Assembly: GCA_965285935.1 (NCBI GenBank)
Contig: OZ260664.1
Span: 4,650,001-4,714,000 of the forward strand
Length of the DNA stretch: 64,000 nucleotides
Origin: Ophelia neglecta
Lineage: Eukaryota
Direction: 5' to 3'
Shown here piece by piece: positions 14,290 to 28,200 of this stretch (position 1 is its first letter; every line of letters begins with the position of its first letter). The position numbers were made by a program, and so were the translations under genes. A model generated the notes under the pieces. It made no database searches, was not told the origin of the DNA, and saw only the letters and a list, made by a program, of their open reading frames with translations.

Positions 14290-14768
14290 ATTATTATTAT
14301 TTTACAATTTCTTGATAGCTAATTCTATAAGCTAATCAAAGCGATTTACATTAAGATAAAAGGAAAATACGTACTGAAATAAAGAGTCACGTAAATTCAT
14401 TAAACACTCAATCTTACGCTAAGACATATCTCAAACATATATACATGCACATAATCTCACATACATAGTATATACACACAAGTAAACACGTATAGCTCAA
14501 AATTTTAAACCAGCCTATTATTCGAAATTTTCAAAATAGTAACAGTTGATAGTGTGAAATAGATTAACATTTAAATTATTCAAAGATGTTGAAGAGACGG
14601 TTGTCAAAGATTTACCATGTTCCTAAGAAAAGCATTGTAGGGAAAACACACTTCAAAACTTAAGAATTAATTTAGTTTGTGGAACCTACTAAAATTATAT
14701 GAAATACCTATAAGCACACTAAGGGTATGGTTCATTAAATTATCTTCCTGTCTCGTGGAATGAAGAGG
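14290..14768 (-). mobile_element. Probable degenerate LINE 3' end
   Basis: Minus-strand LHSTRQEDNL (HxTR motif of LINE ORF2 C-termini), followed by AT-rich UTR-like sequence ending in an (AAT)n tail at ~14290-14301. Confidence 0.4.
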
Positions 14769-15099
14769 GTGTAGCCGTCCCATTATATTTTCAAAGGAGC
14801 GGTACGAAGTCTGTCTTTTGTATCAATCTTCGCCCGATTCCCAAATCTCACTATGCCCTCCCGATTCCTTTAGTAGGTTATTGGCTCTTCTGACAGCAGG
14901 CAGACGGGTAACAGCAATGAATCATTTCTATGACGGACTCCAGTCTGGTACCGGAAATTAGAATCCTTAGGCCTTGGCAGAACCTACCGGAAATCTCCCG
15001 TCAAAGGACAATTAGATTGATAGCAGTCACTCATGATCTCTGCAGATGGAAGATTCAGGCAACAATGGTGGATTTGACCAAACACTGGCATAAAGGAAG

Positions 15100-15400
15100 T
15101 ACACTATTATGGTCAGCGCTATTAGTCACGTGTTGGAGTCTGGTGCGGGGCCAGCAGGTGGAATTGACTAGCAACTCTAGGAAAAGAGCCATCAGTATTA
15201 GACTCGGCTCTGCCGCATAATATCCTCGCTTATGGTCAAAGACAGGGATGGCGGATTGGCATAGGTGACCATTCAAGACGTATACGGTTTTATTCTTAAA
15301 TGGGGAAAACCCCTAGACGGGTGCATAAACAACAGGAAACTAATAAATTGAATCAAACATGCATATGTAATGGTCGTGGCCTTATATTTACATAATAAAC
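15100..15400 (-). pseudogene. GPCR relic (TM6-TM7)
   Basis: KATTITYACLIQFISFLLFMHP, then LILMALFLELLVNSTCWP. Confidence 0.5.
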
Positions 15401-16169
15401 GTGGCCACATGATGAGGGTATCAATACATTTATTGCCATGTAAGCGTCGCAATTTGTTTGATTGATTCTTGAAGCCCCTGTTAATCAATGGCTTCTCCTT
15501 CCTCTCATTGATTTGTGTGGTAAAAGGCCAGTGTCCTGCCTAAGCCGATACAGACTACATCCTTTAGCCGTTAATTAACAAATGAATACTGTTAGATCTG
15601 GGCCCTGAGCTACTGTAAGAGAAGTGCGGATTATCAACCACATCAATTTCCGTTACAGAACACCAAAGGTCAAAGGTCATCTGGGAGTAATTCGTCATTA
15701 TCAGAAAAACAGATACTGGCTACAGCACTTGATTAATCTACATGCGGCGCCAACGAAGACGTCTTGCAAGCGCCTCCGTTGGAGCAGGCTTCTCCAGAGG
15801 ACAAGTCGCCTACTCTTGGGGCCTACTCAACAAAAGGCTTTGAAGGGAGACATACTTTGCGTATTCCAGGTTCCACAATTGACAGTTATTTATTCGAAGC
15901 TAGCGGATAATATCGAAGTAAGTAGTAAAGGCCATGTATGTTGACTGTTGTATAAACATTGCGTAAAAATGGATTAAGATTGCTTATAATATTCTTATAC
16001 TATAAGTTGCTTTTAATTCATTTTAAAATGCCCTTTTGACATATCATTTCGGAGTCAATTAAAAAGAGCAATTATACTGTGAGATTGATTCGATCTAATA
16101 ACAATTAGAGAAAGGTTTCCTTTCAGAAAATTATTGAGAGTTATGAAATAATACTTCTCCCAGTAAAAC

Positions 16170-16766
16170 GGTCAGAGATCACCATGAACCGTCAGCTGCA
16201 GATGCACAAAGCATCAACCAGTTTCATAAATATACATATGCTTGTTACAATACAACTATATTAAATAATTTACTGTCACTAGCAATGAGAAGTACTTCAC
16301 TTTAGTCCATGATGTTAGTCGGACCGTAATATTTGAATAAAACAATATGATGTTTGCATTGCATTTTTTTATTCAAGTCAGAGGATGCCAAGGATTTATC
16401 GTTCAACATAATTCCTTCACGTGGTGCTTTCACCATCTGATATCTATCAGACAATCAGTTGAATAGATTCCCTACACGGTTCTGGACGTTTCGTGCGTTT
16501 ATTATATGCTTGGGACAACAAATTAAGTCGGACGAGCCGCTACGGAGACCTCGGTAAGCAGCTGTACTGGGGCCGCGTTAAAATTACAGTGCGTGTAAAA
16601 ATAAGTTGACCAAAATGATATTCTGTAATAATCCTCGGTTATATTTAGGCGTTTTAAACATATCAATCTGAATGTATGAAGCCATAAAATCATTTTGCAA
16701 CAATAGTTCATTAAATCTGTTCAAAAACACCAGGAACAACAAGTTATAGGCCAACTTTACTCCCAA
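16170..16766 (-). pseudogene. GPCR relic, GYP subfamily (ICL1-ECL2)
   Basis: MFKTPKY...NIILVNL (ICL1/TM2); SDRYQMVKAP with DRY at 16440-16448; FVHLQLTVHGD. DNA similarity to 34080-34350. Confidence 0.75.
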
Positions 16767-17249
16767 GCTCTCAAACAGTTACAATGAGTGTGAAAAGACT
16801 AGTGTAACTCAACATCTAGATCAAAGTGCGCTTGGCGACTATGATATTGACTAATATGGTGATATGGTGAACCTAGTAGATGATATAAAGGTGTATGCAC
16901 CATCTAAACGAATACAAACAAAACTTGCCTCGAGCTCACTAATGAAATTCCAATGAAGTTGCATTGTTGGAGTGAACCAGCGAAAATAGTACTACTGGGA
17001 GAGAAAATGCTCATTCAAATCGATTGCAGGTTGGACCTGCGTAAGTTCAATTGCAATTGCGAAACTGCAATTAGAGATAGAACTTTAACTTCGCCCGAAA
17101 AGAATTATAGCGTTCATAACCAAAATGTGTACACAGTACAGGTTATGACAATGTTATAATGTTGCAATACTGCCTGTTGATCGTGTACTGTGTTTAACTG
17201 TGGTGTGATCCAGAGTTACGGGTTACACAACAGCTCCGAATCTTTCAGT

Positions 17250-17880
17250 TATTCAACTATGTTAAAACCCGAAGTCAGTGTTGTTATGATCTCTTAAAAT
17301 AAGCTTTATGTCTACAGTTTTATTCCTTTGGCGTGTTTATATTCTCATACAGTCTGTTGAGTGTGCCTGAATGGCACCCCATGTGCCCTTTGTTCAGCGA
17401 ATGAGACTTGTTGAAAGCCTTCAATTTAATTTATAATCTCATAATTCGTGTTCTGTGCTAGAGTGCCACAGATATTAAGGTCCTCAATCACAACCCGTAT
17501 TAAAAACAAAATGTCATAAGCATCCTTCGCCGAAAGACCTAAGCTAAACCTCTCCCACATCACAGACTTGCCTATAAAGTGTTTCCGACTGACCAAACCA
17601 CCGTACTCCTCCTGACTTGTGGATATTAAGTCATGTCTACTCTTTGGCAAATGCATAATCACTACCGGTCAATAATTTAGTTTGGGAATGGTTAGGAACT
17701 TGAAAGTGTCTACCCAACTACCACATTCAAAGTCTTATTCTACGTGGCAAGATCCCTGGGGGCTTTCCAGAATTTGACCAGACGAGAGGGTCGAATTATT
17801 TGGCTACTCATGATCATTGATTTGCCTTTGTCTACCGGGTATCCACTACCTATTTATACTACTTAATTTTTATATTTACA
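17250..17880 (+). pseudogene. GPCR relic, GYP subfamily
   Basis: LVW...CLPNY (TM4); GRIIWLLMIIDLPLSTGYPLPIY (17788-17857). Confidence 0.65.
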
Positions 17881-18535
17881 CTACTATTTTTTCTAGTTAT
17901 AGACTAAACCAGTAGCCCAGGCCAGTTCCAACAAAGTTGCATCAATGTAAAATACAAAACATATGAAGACACTTTTATATGTGTACAAAGTTTTTATGTG
18001 CATAGAACAACTCCTATCGCTGGCATCCCGTAATTTTCTATTTTACTGTGATAAATAAGGAATAAGATAAGGAAACTTTATTCAATTTCCTTTTCGCAAA
18101 AATGCTATAACACTTGACAGCCGGGAATTCATTTTCTATTCTTATTCGGCGATTAAATGTCTTCCCAAAAATACATGTTGTAATGCGACACGCGCAGTTT
18201 TTGTGTCCTTGGTTTACAGTGTGCTTCAAACAGAACAGGGCGACTTGGACTGTTCCGAAAAGGTGTATATTATGCATCTATTCATGGGATTGCAAGACAT
18301 TATTGTTTTGGGTAAGAGGATTCGTGCATTACTCTTGCACTCAGATAAAAGGTAAACGGCATTCTCAAATTTAAAACTTCACCCATTTACACAAGATTCA
18401 TTGTCTTTTAAAAATCTAACTATGCTAGAGGACACATTTCAGGCCTCAGATTAACGTACACTATGTCCGGGAACTATTTTCACAGACGAAGTTATTTCTT
18501 CAGGCACAATATTCCATGGTACGCCACATTGCGTA

Positions 18536-18628
18536 TGTGTGTGTTTGGGGGAGGGTAGGGGGGTGGGTGAGGGTGTGTATGTTAGGCCGTGTGTGTGTGT
18601 GTGTGTGAGTGTGTATGTGTGTGTGTGT
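18536..18628. repeat. (GT)n microsatellite
   Basis: Visible GT runs. Confidence 0.9.
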
Positions 18629-18919
18629 TGCTTACTATTTAAATATATGTGTTACACAACATTTGGAATTCAAATGGTTCATATCTACACACTTCACCAA
18701 ATTATTTATTTAAAATTGCTTTTTTCGAAACTTGTCTATATATGATGCAAACGATATTGGAAATGGATCGAGGAAATGGATATGATACATCTGACGTTTG
18801 ATATCTTAAAGGCTCTGAATATTTTTGCAACCTCTGTACGCAAGGTCGTCTTCTTTTTAGGTAAGAATGAATAAGACATATTGGTTTCTCTAAAGACCAT
18901 CTTTGGTCGATTTTCTAGT

Positions 18920-19118
18920 ATTATTTCCACCATTCTTCCCCCATTTTTTCCATGTATATCCGTTATATTTTCCCCGTAGTGGACTTGTATTTCCCTAGTT
19001 TGATCAATGTATTTCCCCATATTTCCACTGTATTTCCCCATATTTCCACTGTATTGCCTCATATTTCCACCGTATCTCCCTGCACTTCGTACGTCTTCTG
19101 TATTTCCCATGTATTTTC
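18920..19118. repeat. Degenerate ~21 bp repeat (TATTTCCCCATATTTCCACTG)
   Basis: Visible; it explains ORF 18736..19110 (YSGNMGK repeats). Confidence 0.85.
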
Positions 19119-19879
19119 TCAGTACAAATGACCAGTCTTATTAGTCTGAAAGAAGAGAATGTGTGATTTATTTGTTGCGAAAAGAAATAAATCAGAAGTT
19201 TTTAATGAAGTAAAACGAAATGTTTGCTATGCTTGTGCTACTCTCAAAACAAAGATCAATTGTTGTAATGGGCAGCAGAATACGACTTTGCATTATGCAC
19301 AAAATACTGCATTATAATTGTTTGTGATTTGTCCTGACTGAAATGAGCGTTTCCAGCCTACGGTTAGGAACACGAACTGTTCTCTCATACATTACTACAA
19401 AGCATGTATAGATTCCCATGGCTTTAAACGATGCGTCATTAAACGTAGGTTCATGACACAGGCCGGTTCTATTTGGCATATGAATGCCATAATAACAAAT
19501 AAGGAGGATTATAAAGAAAGCTGTAACTGAGCAGATACTTCATATTATGCTGTCATGGCCACGTCATATCAGAAGAAATACATTTGACATTAAGCCCAGA
19601 GGGAGAACTGTTTCTGTTAATTCAACGTAGCATAATAGAAAGTCGTGCTTCGCCCTGTGACATTGAGGAATTAATGTGTCTGCCCTTGTTGGCCTCATAC
19701 GTCAAACACAAAGACAATTATTTGTAATGGGTAACTAACAGCCTAGCTACAAATAATTCAATTCAATAAAAATGCATTTTACATTGTTTTGCCTACAATG
19801 AACTATTAATAATCAAAGAAAACTTAAAGCCAAACTTTTTATTTATGTTAATGGTAATTCCGCCGAAGAAGATGACTGT

Positions 19880-20170
19880 AAACAACAAGAATAATATGCC
19901 AGTCTTAAGGTTTCCGGTCGCAAACCTGGCGGCATTGGGCCCTCTGATGGTCGCTACTGAGTTTAACACAACAGTCATATGCTAACTCGCGCATGTTGTA
20001 TAATAAGCCCTGACTGTGCCCTTTCCAAGTTTTCTCATTAGCCCATTTTAACGTTACCCCGTGCAGTATGTTTTATGATGATTGGAACCTCAGCAGGGCT
20101 ATGTTCGTTGTTTTCTATATGACGTATGCCTTCTTCGTGGCTCCAAATGCTATGAGAGCCCACAAGCGCA
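19880..20170 (+). pseudogene. GPCR relic (TM2-TM4)
   Basis: PVLRFPVANLAALGPLMV (TM2 NLAxxD-like), LCPF, MFYDDW (DRY-like), SRAMFVVFYMTYAFFVAP (TM4). Confidence 0.5.
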
Positions 20171-20248
20171 GGCTCGAGAAGAAGGGTTTTGTCTAACCTG
20201 ACAGTGGTACACAACAGAAGCCCACCGTTCAGTACAAGGATATCCCCG

Positions 20249-20388
20249 ATATATGATATAATATATAATATATTTAAAATGATACAGTATGATATATGCT
20301 ATAATATATGCTATAATATATGATATAATATATGATATAATATATGATTTAATATATGATATTATATATATTATATATATTATATAAT
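20249..20388. repeat. AT-rich (TATAATATATGA)n repeat
   Basis: Visible. Confidence 0.9.
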
Positions 20389-21229
20389 GTTTTTACCATG
20401 TGGCAATATCTGGAGCTTAGATGCTTTTTTTATTTCCGGCAATATACAACCAGTTATATTATTCGAATTTCACTCAATGTATAGCAAAATAGTGTAATGG
20501 AAAATGTAGATGAGTGAGTGACTGGTGTGAGCCTTATTGCATCATTCCAATTATCACAATTGTTATATTCTCGGATCTAACGTTAATCTGGTCGTTTTGC
20601 CAATGAATTCCAATATTAAACAAATAGCGGGGATTACATATACAGTTATTTATTAATGTTTTAGTGACAGACATGGCATCTCAGACAGTTCAAAAACCTA
20701 AATACGTGGGGAAATAATGAATCACGTTGACAAGACTACCGGGTGCTTTATATTTCGTATTGAGCCGAGACAACCTGTCATTCATATCTGAAGCATCATA
20801 TTTGATAAAACGCCCCGAGAGAGTCAGGTTTTGTTGGATCTACAAATCCTACTAGAAGCCGATGCTTTCACTTGACATGTAGGAATTAACGTATCATTTT
20901 TCATTGGCTTTAGACATCCAACAAAAGCACGAACAGTCGGTTATGGGTTAACGAATAGCTATAACCGAGACAATAAGGAACTTTTGTTTCTATTCTTGCT
21001 TAGCAATAGAAACCGTCATTTCTAAAAGAACCATTCACGGCACGAGGGTCGATTTTATGAGCTAATTTCCTAAAGTCTATCCAGAGTAGACAACCCACAA
21101 TCCCTTAACACCTTTTAAAATGAGCTGCTCAGTCTACTGATGGAATAACCAAGAGTACTGTGAGGAACATGAGCTGAATGAAGGTTGGGCTCCAGCTAAC
21201 CTACATACCGCCTGCAAACGCTCGAAACA

Positions 21230-21520
21230 AAATAGAACTTTTAAGGTTAGTAGCAAGTAGCATGTTGTTTGAGATACGGTTTGGTTTGGCCTCTTTGAAC
21301 TTGTAAATATCCTTATAAATGTCCTTATATCGTAAAAAGCATGCATATCGTTGTGATCTTAAATCTTTATGTTCTTATATGACATGTATCTGCATGCCAT
21401 GTCAGAATGAGACCATAATTTTTAATAAGCTTGGCGGCATGGCCACCAAACGATATCATAGGATTAGAGCTGATATGAATACATTAATAATAGTATCGTC
21501 CGCCATGTTATAGCTGGGTA
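21230..21520 (+). pseudogene. GPCR relic ending near the left edge of the duplication
   Basis: (E)RYGLVWPL, KKHAY...CICMP (TM4), PND, then AGY at the duplication boundary. Confidence 0.55.
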
Positions 21521-22103
21521 TTTCGAGCGGACAGAAGCAGTACAGGTATCGGGATCCATATCTGTGCCAGTTCCCGGGGATCTGTCTACCAATGGTGACA
21601 TGGCCCCACTCACCTGAGTTAATCTCCATCAAACGAGTTTAATTACAGCAAATTGGTCGCGACTGGCAGAACGTGATCGTGGTCAAGGCTTCTGGGAAGG
21701 CAGATAAAATAGATTAAAGGGCTTTTTTTCCGCACAATAAAGGTGTTTGATTTTCTTACCTGAGGTTTACTTCAAATGTCAACATTGCTTTTCAGATTGC
21801 TGTAGTTAATTATCCCATATAAAGATGAAATAAGCCCTAGAAGACTATGGTGGCGAAAGACTCGAGACTAAAGGCGAAACAGTCACAAGTATAAATATAT
21901 ATATTTATTCACAATTTATGTTGTACCCGCTGACGCAACACTGTTCTTCTGTGACCCGTGTGCATATAAAGGACCAAATATTGACTATCAGACACATTAT
22001 TGATGCTTATATACACACATAATTATCATTAGACTGTTATCTGTCTGTAGAATGCCATAAAAGATTTAGTGGTTAATGGTTATCAATTTGGTGGATGCTA
22101 ACC

Positions 22104-22343
22104 TCATTTTAATAATTGTGTTACCCCATTTACACTTCTTATATATTTAAAAGGAACAAAATAGTATGTTATAATGCGGACAGCAGCGTTGGTATCTTTA
22201 CGAAGATCGGGAACAAAGATATAAGTGCTTAAAGCATGTCTGTGGACCACAGACCTTTTTTCTCTAATTAGATAGCAAAGGCAAATATGCCTTGCCTTTA
22301 ATGAAATAAAGTGAATGCGATCGAACATTGTAGCAATTGACAA
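22104..22343 (-). pseudogene. GPCR relic inside the duplication (copy at 25849-26088)
   Basis: IATMFDRIHFIS (DRY), YIFVP, IITYYFVPF (TM5). Confidence 0.55.
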
Positions 22344-23599
22344 CAGCTTAAATTGGACAAACTGGTAGTCTCAAGGCTTCTCTATTTCCAGACGGGAATT
22401 GGCTGTCAAATGGCAATTATTGGAAGTAGTCTGATATGAAATCGGATTGGCACCCAAACCAACAAATACAAAGAACCTTCAGTCTCACAAAGAGTATATC
22501 CCGATAGGCTGGCAGTACCACTTATGTTTTATACGCTTCTTGATTGTAGTGATTGCAGTTAATACGTATACCATCTTATTATAGTTGTCAGGCAAGGACA
22601 ATAAGCTTGTTTGCCAAGGAAAAATAAATCACGCTTAAAATGGGCGTACCAGTAACAACACGCACAGTATCGATCGTCTCACATCCCAAAAACTCGTCGT
22701 TTTTTGGAAGTCGTTCACCATAAGTTGTCCCTATTCAATTTTCCAAGGGCTCCTTCACATAGAATAAGGTCAAGAATGCAGGCTAAATGTCTTTATGATG
22801 GAATTGATGCTATTACTTGTTGATTCTGCCTGTATTACAGGTATTTACCTTTCTCAAAGGAACTCTACACAAGTCACATTTTCTGCTACGTGAACCGAGT
22901 GCAAAGTCTATTTAAAGGGGCTAATTACGTCAAATGTTAAAGTAGAATTAACTAATTGAGCTCCGTTTTAATAAGACCATGTTAATAGAATCAATACATC
23001 AGGACATTATGTGTGTTGATGGGACGCTCTCATCCCTGAATGGTACAAAAACCGACACGATCTTTCAGGAATGGCAGAGTTCTGTGGGACAGCAGATAAT
23101 GTAGCAAGTCAAAACGGAAGAGCGAGCTCCCTCTTCTATTCTTTGCATTGATCAAACTATAATACATTGATTTCAAAATGTGCATATTTAAATGTAAAAC
23201 AATTTTGAATAGCTAGAATACTACGCTCTCAAGTCCCAGCACTAGTCATTTTGGTCCAAATTAATGAGTTGTGATTTTATTGGCATCATTGTTCCAACCA
23301 GGTTAAATGGATCGAAATACCACCATTTCTACTGACAAACTATGTTAATATAATTTGATAGTTGCTTTAGTAAGATATGTTAACTATTTGATGACGATAG
23401 TATCCACTATGTCCTTTTTTGACCCGAACTTTACCTGATAGTCGATTGTTTAGGTCCCAATACTAGACGGTTATTTGGCAAAGTGTTATGAATTGGAAAG
23501 TCTCACGTGAGTGGTTTAAGAGATGGTTGCTATATGTTTGCCATGAAAGACTCTAAATGCTCCGGTCCAGCAATGTTTTAGTACATCAGAGAAGATTTT

Positions 23600-23896
23600 T
23601 TCTTTATTAAATCCAACAAGGGATATTGGCAGTGATATGGAATTAGGTGTGAATCAACTCCAGTAATGAATAGCGGCTGCGCAAAAGGGGACATTGGCTT
23701 TAATCTGAAATCACTTCCTTTCTCGTGGAGAACAAATGTGGCCGAGAATAACACCCATGTAACATAATACAATTATCATTGTTGCAGCTTTGCCTTTAGT
23801 TGTAAGCCAATTGTCCATAATGCACGGTTTGATGAACCCAAGTTGCCATTTCAATGATATGATGTACCATTTTTCTTGTAGCTTAAAATTCCTCAT
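23600..23896 (-). pseudogene. GPCR relic inside the duplication (copy at ~27350-27645)
   Basis: IISLKWQLGFIKP...WLTTKGKAATMIIV (ICL2-TM4), VTWVLFSA, CQYPLL (TM5). Confidence 0.6.
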
Positions 23897-25263
23897 TTAT
23901 GTAATAACAAACCTGCACATACCTGTACATATATGCATACCATTACATATACAAACCCTTTTTGTAATAAAATTAAAAACGAAAATAGTAATGACTGAAA
24001 ATCAATAAGTTTTAGTAAATGATCCACTGTGTAACTTAAATGAGTACGTCGTACTTATACAAATGTATAAGAATGCGGATACACTAACAAGTGTCATCAA
24101 ATAAATCATTATAACTTAGGTTTCATACAAATTAACGTTTATTTAGTTAGTGAAAATCGCTTAATTTGCAAAAGGTATAGATGTCAGTATTTTGACGCAA
24201 ACAAGAATTTATAATTTGCATGGCTGGTTGCAGATACGCTTCAACAAAGCTGGTAATTCCGCATCATGTTATACAGGCGGTGTTACATTAATCATTGTGG
24301 CAGCCATGTCGAATCCTTGATTAATATAACACACTCGCCTAGTCTTGTCAACCGTCGGTACATACTTTAATTGGTCGTTGTGGTTTCTATTCCTAGAAAG
24401 TAACACCAAAAGCTTTCAAATCATCCGTTGGGTTCCTTTAAAAAATAAGCATATTGCATGCATGTTTCATGAGATGAGTGCATTGCCAAGAAAGCTACCT
24501 GGTTAATCAGTAAATCAATGCATTATCGCCTCAGAGTTTTCGTTATTAAATCCGGGGATGAACTATAGCATTTTCCGGGTTTTGAGATTAAACGAGCAGA
24601 GAGAATTGATTAAGGCTGGCAACGCAGGTGAGATAACATGAAAGAAATTTAGACTAGCAACAAAGACGACATCGTTGGCCAAGAGGCACGTAATCTTATA
24701 GACACCATGTAGTATTATTTGTGTGCAAGTAAAATATAATTTTACTGTGATCAATGATTAGTACAGAACTGAGTAGATGACAAAAATATACGCGTGCGGG
24801 GCCCGCAATAAATAATACAAAGGATACCTTTCACCGTTCTTAGATGCTTGATATCTTGAGTATCTTCGCCCTACATTGACAAATAAACTTTGAACTTTGA
24901 CTTGTTTTTTCACGCTAAGACTAAACCGTGGAGACTGCTCGCCATACCCCAGTTATAATCCTTGTATGACGTATTTCATTAATGTAGGTTGCCCAGTTTA
25001 ATATTTCAGCTATGATTCGCCCAATAATGTTTGTGATCCTGGGATAGATGATTCCGAAGGAATTCGTTCTGATTTAATTTATTTATAATCCTGGTATCTT
25101 GTAAATTTTTTCACCCGCGACATAACTTCGATAATTTATATTATAATTCCTTCTTTGTGAGAGCTTTCGGCGTCAAGATTTGAAAACTATCGAAAGAGCA
25201 AGGAAAGAGAAATGTAATTAAATGAATATGTGTTCCGTTTAATGCCTTCTTACACGCTAAAAC

Positions 25264-28200
25264 TATTTCGAGCGGACAGAAGCAGTACAGGTATCGGGAT
25301 CCATATCTGTGCCAGTCCCCGGGGATCTGTCTACCAATGGTGACATGGCCCCACTCACCTGAGTTAATCTCCATCAAACGAGTTTAATTACAGCAAATTG
25401 GTCGCGACTGGCAGAACGTGATCGTGGTCAAGGCTTCTGGGAAGGCAGATAAAATAGATTAAAGGGCTTTTTTTCCGCACAATAAAGGTGTTTGATTTTC
25501 TTACCTGAGGTTTACTTCAAATGTCAACATTGCTTTTCAGATTGCTGTAGTTAATTATCCCATTTAAAGATGAAAGAAGCCCTAGAAGACTATGGTGGCG
25601 AAAGACTCGAGACTAAAGGCGAAACAGTCACAAGTATAAATATATATATTTATTCACAATTTATGTTGTACCCGCTGACGCAACACTGTTCTTCTGTGAC
25701 CCGTGTGCATATAAAGGACCAAATATTGACTATCAGACACATTATTGATGCTTATATACACACATAATTATCATTAGACTGTTATCTGTCTGTAGAATGC
25801 CATAAAAGATTTAGTGGTTAATGGTTATCAATTTGGTGGATGCTAACCTCATTTTAATAATTGTGTTACCCCATTTACACTTCTTATATATTTAAAAGGA
25901 ACAAAATAGTATGTTATAATTCGGACAGCAGCGTTGGTATCTTTACGAAGATCGGGAACAAAGATATAAATGCTTAAAGCATGTCTGTGGACCACAGACC
26001 TTTTTTCTCTAATTAGATAGCAAAGGCAAATATGCCTTGCCTTTAATGAAATAAAGTGAATGCGATCGAACATTGTAGTAATTGACAACAGCTTAAATTG
26101 GACAAACTGGTAGTCTCAAGGCTTCTCTATTTCCAGACGGGAATTGGCTGTCAAATGGCAAATAAAAGAAGTCTGATATGAAATCGGATTGGCACCCAAA
26201 CCAACAAATACAAAGAACCTTCAGTATCACAAAGAGTATAACCCGATAGCCTGGCAGTACCACTTATGTTTTATACGCTTCTTGATTGTAGTGATTGCAG
26301 TTAATACGTATACCATCTTATTATAGTTGTCAGGCAAGGACAATAAGTTTGTTTGCCAAGGAAAAATAAATCACGCTTAAGATGGGCGTACCAGTAACAA
26401 CACGCACAGTATCGATCGTCTCACATCTCTAAAACTCGTCGTTTTTTGGAAGTCGTTCACCATAAGTTGTCCCTATTCAATTTTTCAAGGGCTCCTTCAC
26501 ATAGAATAAGGTCAAGAATGCAGGCTAAATGTCTTTATGATGGAATTGATGCTATTACTTGTTGATTCTGCCTGTATTACAGGTATTTACCTTTCTCAAA
26601 GGAACTCTACACAAGTCACATTTTCTGCTACGTGAACCGAGTGCAAAGTCTATTCAAAGGGGCTAATTACGTCAAATGTTAAAGTAGAATTAACTAATTG
26701 AGCTCCGTTTTAATAAGACCAATTAGACCATGTTAATAGAATCAATACATCAGGACATTATGTGTGTTGATGGGACGCTCTCATCCCTGAATGGTACAAA
26801 AACCGACACGATCTTTCAGGAATGGCAGAGTTCTGTGGGACAGCAGATAATGTAGCAAGTCAAAACGGAAGAGCGAGCTCCCTCTTCTGTTCTTTGCATT
26901 GATCAAACTATAATACATTGATTTCAAAATGTGCATATTTAAATGCAAAACAATTTTGAATAGCTAGAATACTACGCTCTCAAGTCCCAGCACTAGTCAT
27001 TTTGGTCCAAATTAATGAGTTTTGATTTTATTGGCATCATTGTTCCAACCAGGTTAAATGGATCGAAATACCACCATTTCTACTGACAAACTATGTTAAT
27101 ATTATTTGATAGTTGCTTTAGTAAGATATGTTAACTATTTGATGACGATAGTATCCACTATGTCCTTTTTTGACCCGAACTTTACCCGATAGTCGATTGT
27201 TTAGGTCCCAATACTAGACGGTTATTTGGCAAAGTGTTATGAATAGGAAAATCTTACGTGAGTGGTTTAAGAGATGGTTGCTATATGTTTGCCAAGAAAG
27301 ACTAAATGCTCCGGTCCAGCAATGTTTTAGTACATCAGAGAAGATTATTTCTTTATTAAATCCAACAAGGGATATTGGCAGTGGTATGGAATTAGGTGTG
27401 AATCAACTCCAGTAATGAATAGCGGCTGCGCAAAAGGGGACATTGGCTTTAATCTGAAATCACTTCCTTTCTCGTGGAGAACAAATGTGGCCGAGAATAA
27501 CACCCATGTAACATAATACAATTATCATTGTTGCAGCTTTGCCTTTAGTTGTTAGCCAATTGTCCATAATGCACGGTTTGATGAACCCAAGTTGCCATTT
27601 CAATGATATGATGTACCATTTTTCTTGTAGCTTAAAATTCCTCATTTATGTAATAACAAACCTGCACATACCTGTACATATATGCATACCATTACATATA
27701 CAAACCCTTTTTGTAATAAAATTAAAAACGAAAATAGTAATGACTGAAAATCAATAGGTTTTAGTAAATGATCCACTGTGTAACTTAAATGAGTACGTCG
27801 TACTTATACAAATGTATAAGAATGCGGATACATTAACAAGTGTCATCAAATAAATCATTATAACTTAGGTTTCATACAAATTAACGTTTATTTAGTTAGT
27901 GAAAATCTCTCAATTTGCAAAAGGTATAGATGTCAGTATTTTGACGCAAACAAGAATTTGTAATATGCATGGCTGGTTGCAGATATGCCTCATCAAAGCT
28001 GGTAATTCCTCATCATGTTATACAGGCGGTGTTTCATTAATCATTGTGGCAGCCATGTCGAATCCTTGATTAATATAACACACTCGCCTAGTCTTGTCAA
28101 CCATCGCTACCTACTTTAATTGGTCGTTGTGGTTTCTATTCCTAGAAAGTAACACCAAAAGCTTTCAAATCATCCGTTGGGGTCCTTTAAAAAATAAGCA

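Larger units (their letters stand above)
21519..25263. repeat. 3.75-kb tandem segmental duplication, copy 1
   Basis: Begins tatttcgagcggacagaagc and ends cttacacgctaaaac; colinear and near-identical with 25264-29009. Confidence 0.97.

Noticed and set aside
15046-15220. Signal-peptide/neuropeptide-like exon (MVDLTKHW...LVRGQQ...RKR)
   Set aside because: Weak donor, no downstream exons, and it is antisense to a TM7-like GPCR relic.
16360-17100. Plus-strand LRR/Toll-like pseudogene (DLSFNII, YLSDNQLNRFP, LYAWDNKLS, FNCNCE)
   Set aside because: Spacing does not fit LRR periodicity, and the same bases on the minus strand give SDRYQMVKAP and NIILVNL, colinear with other GPCR relics.
19850-20196. 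Two-exon small membrane protein (MVIPPKK...MFYDDWNLSRAMF...KKGFV)
   Set aside because: No valid GT donor in phase; the peptides fit GPCR TM2-TM4 better.
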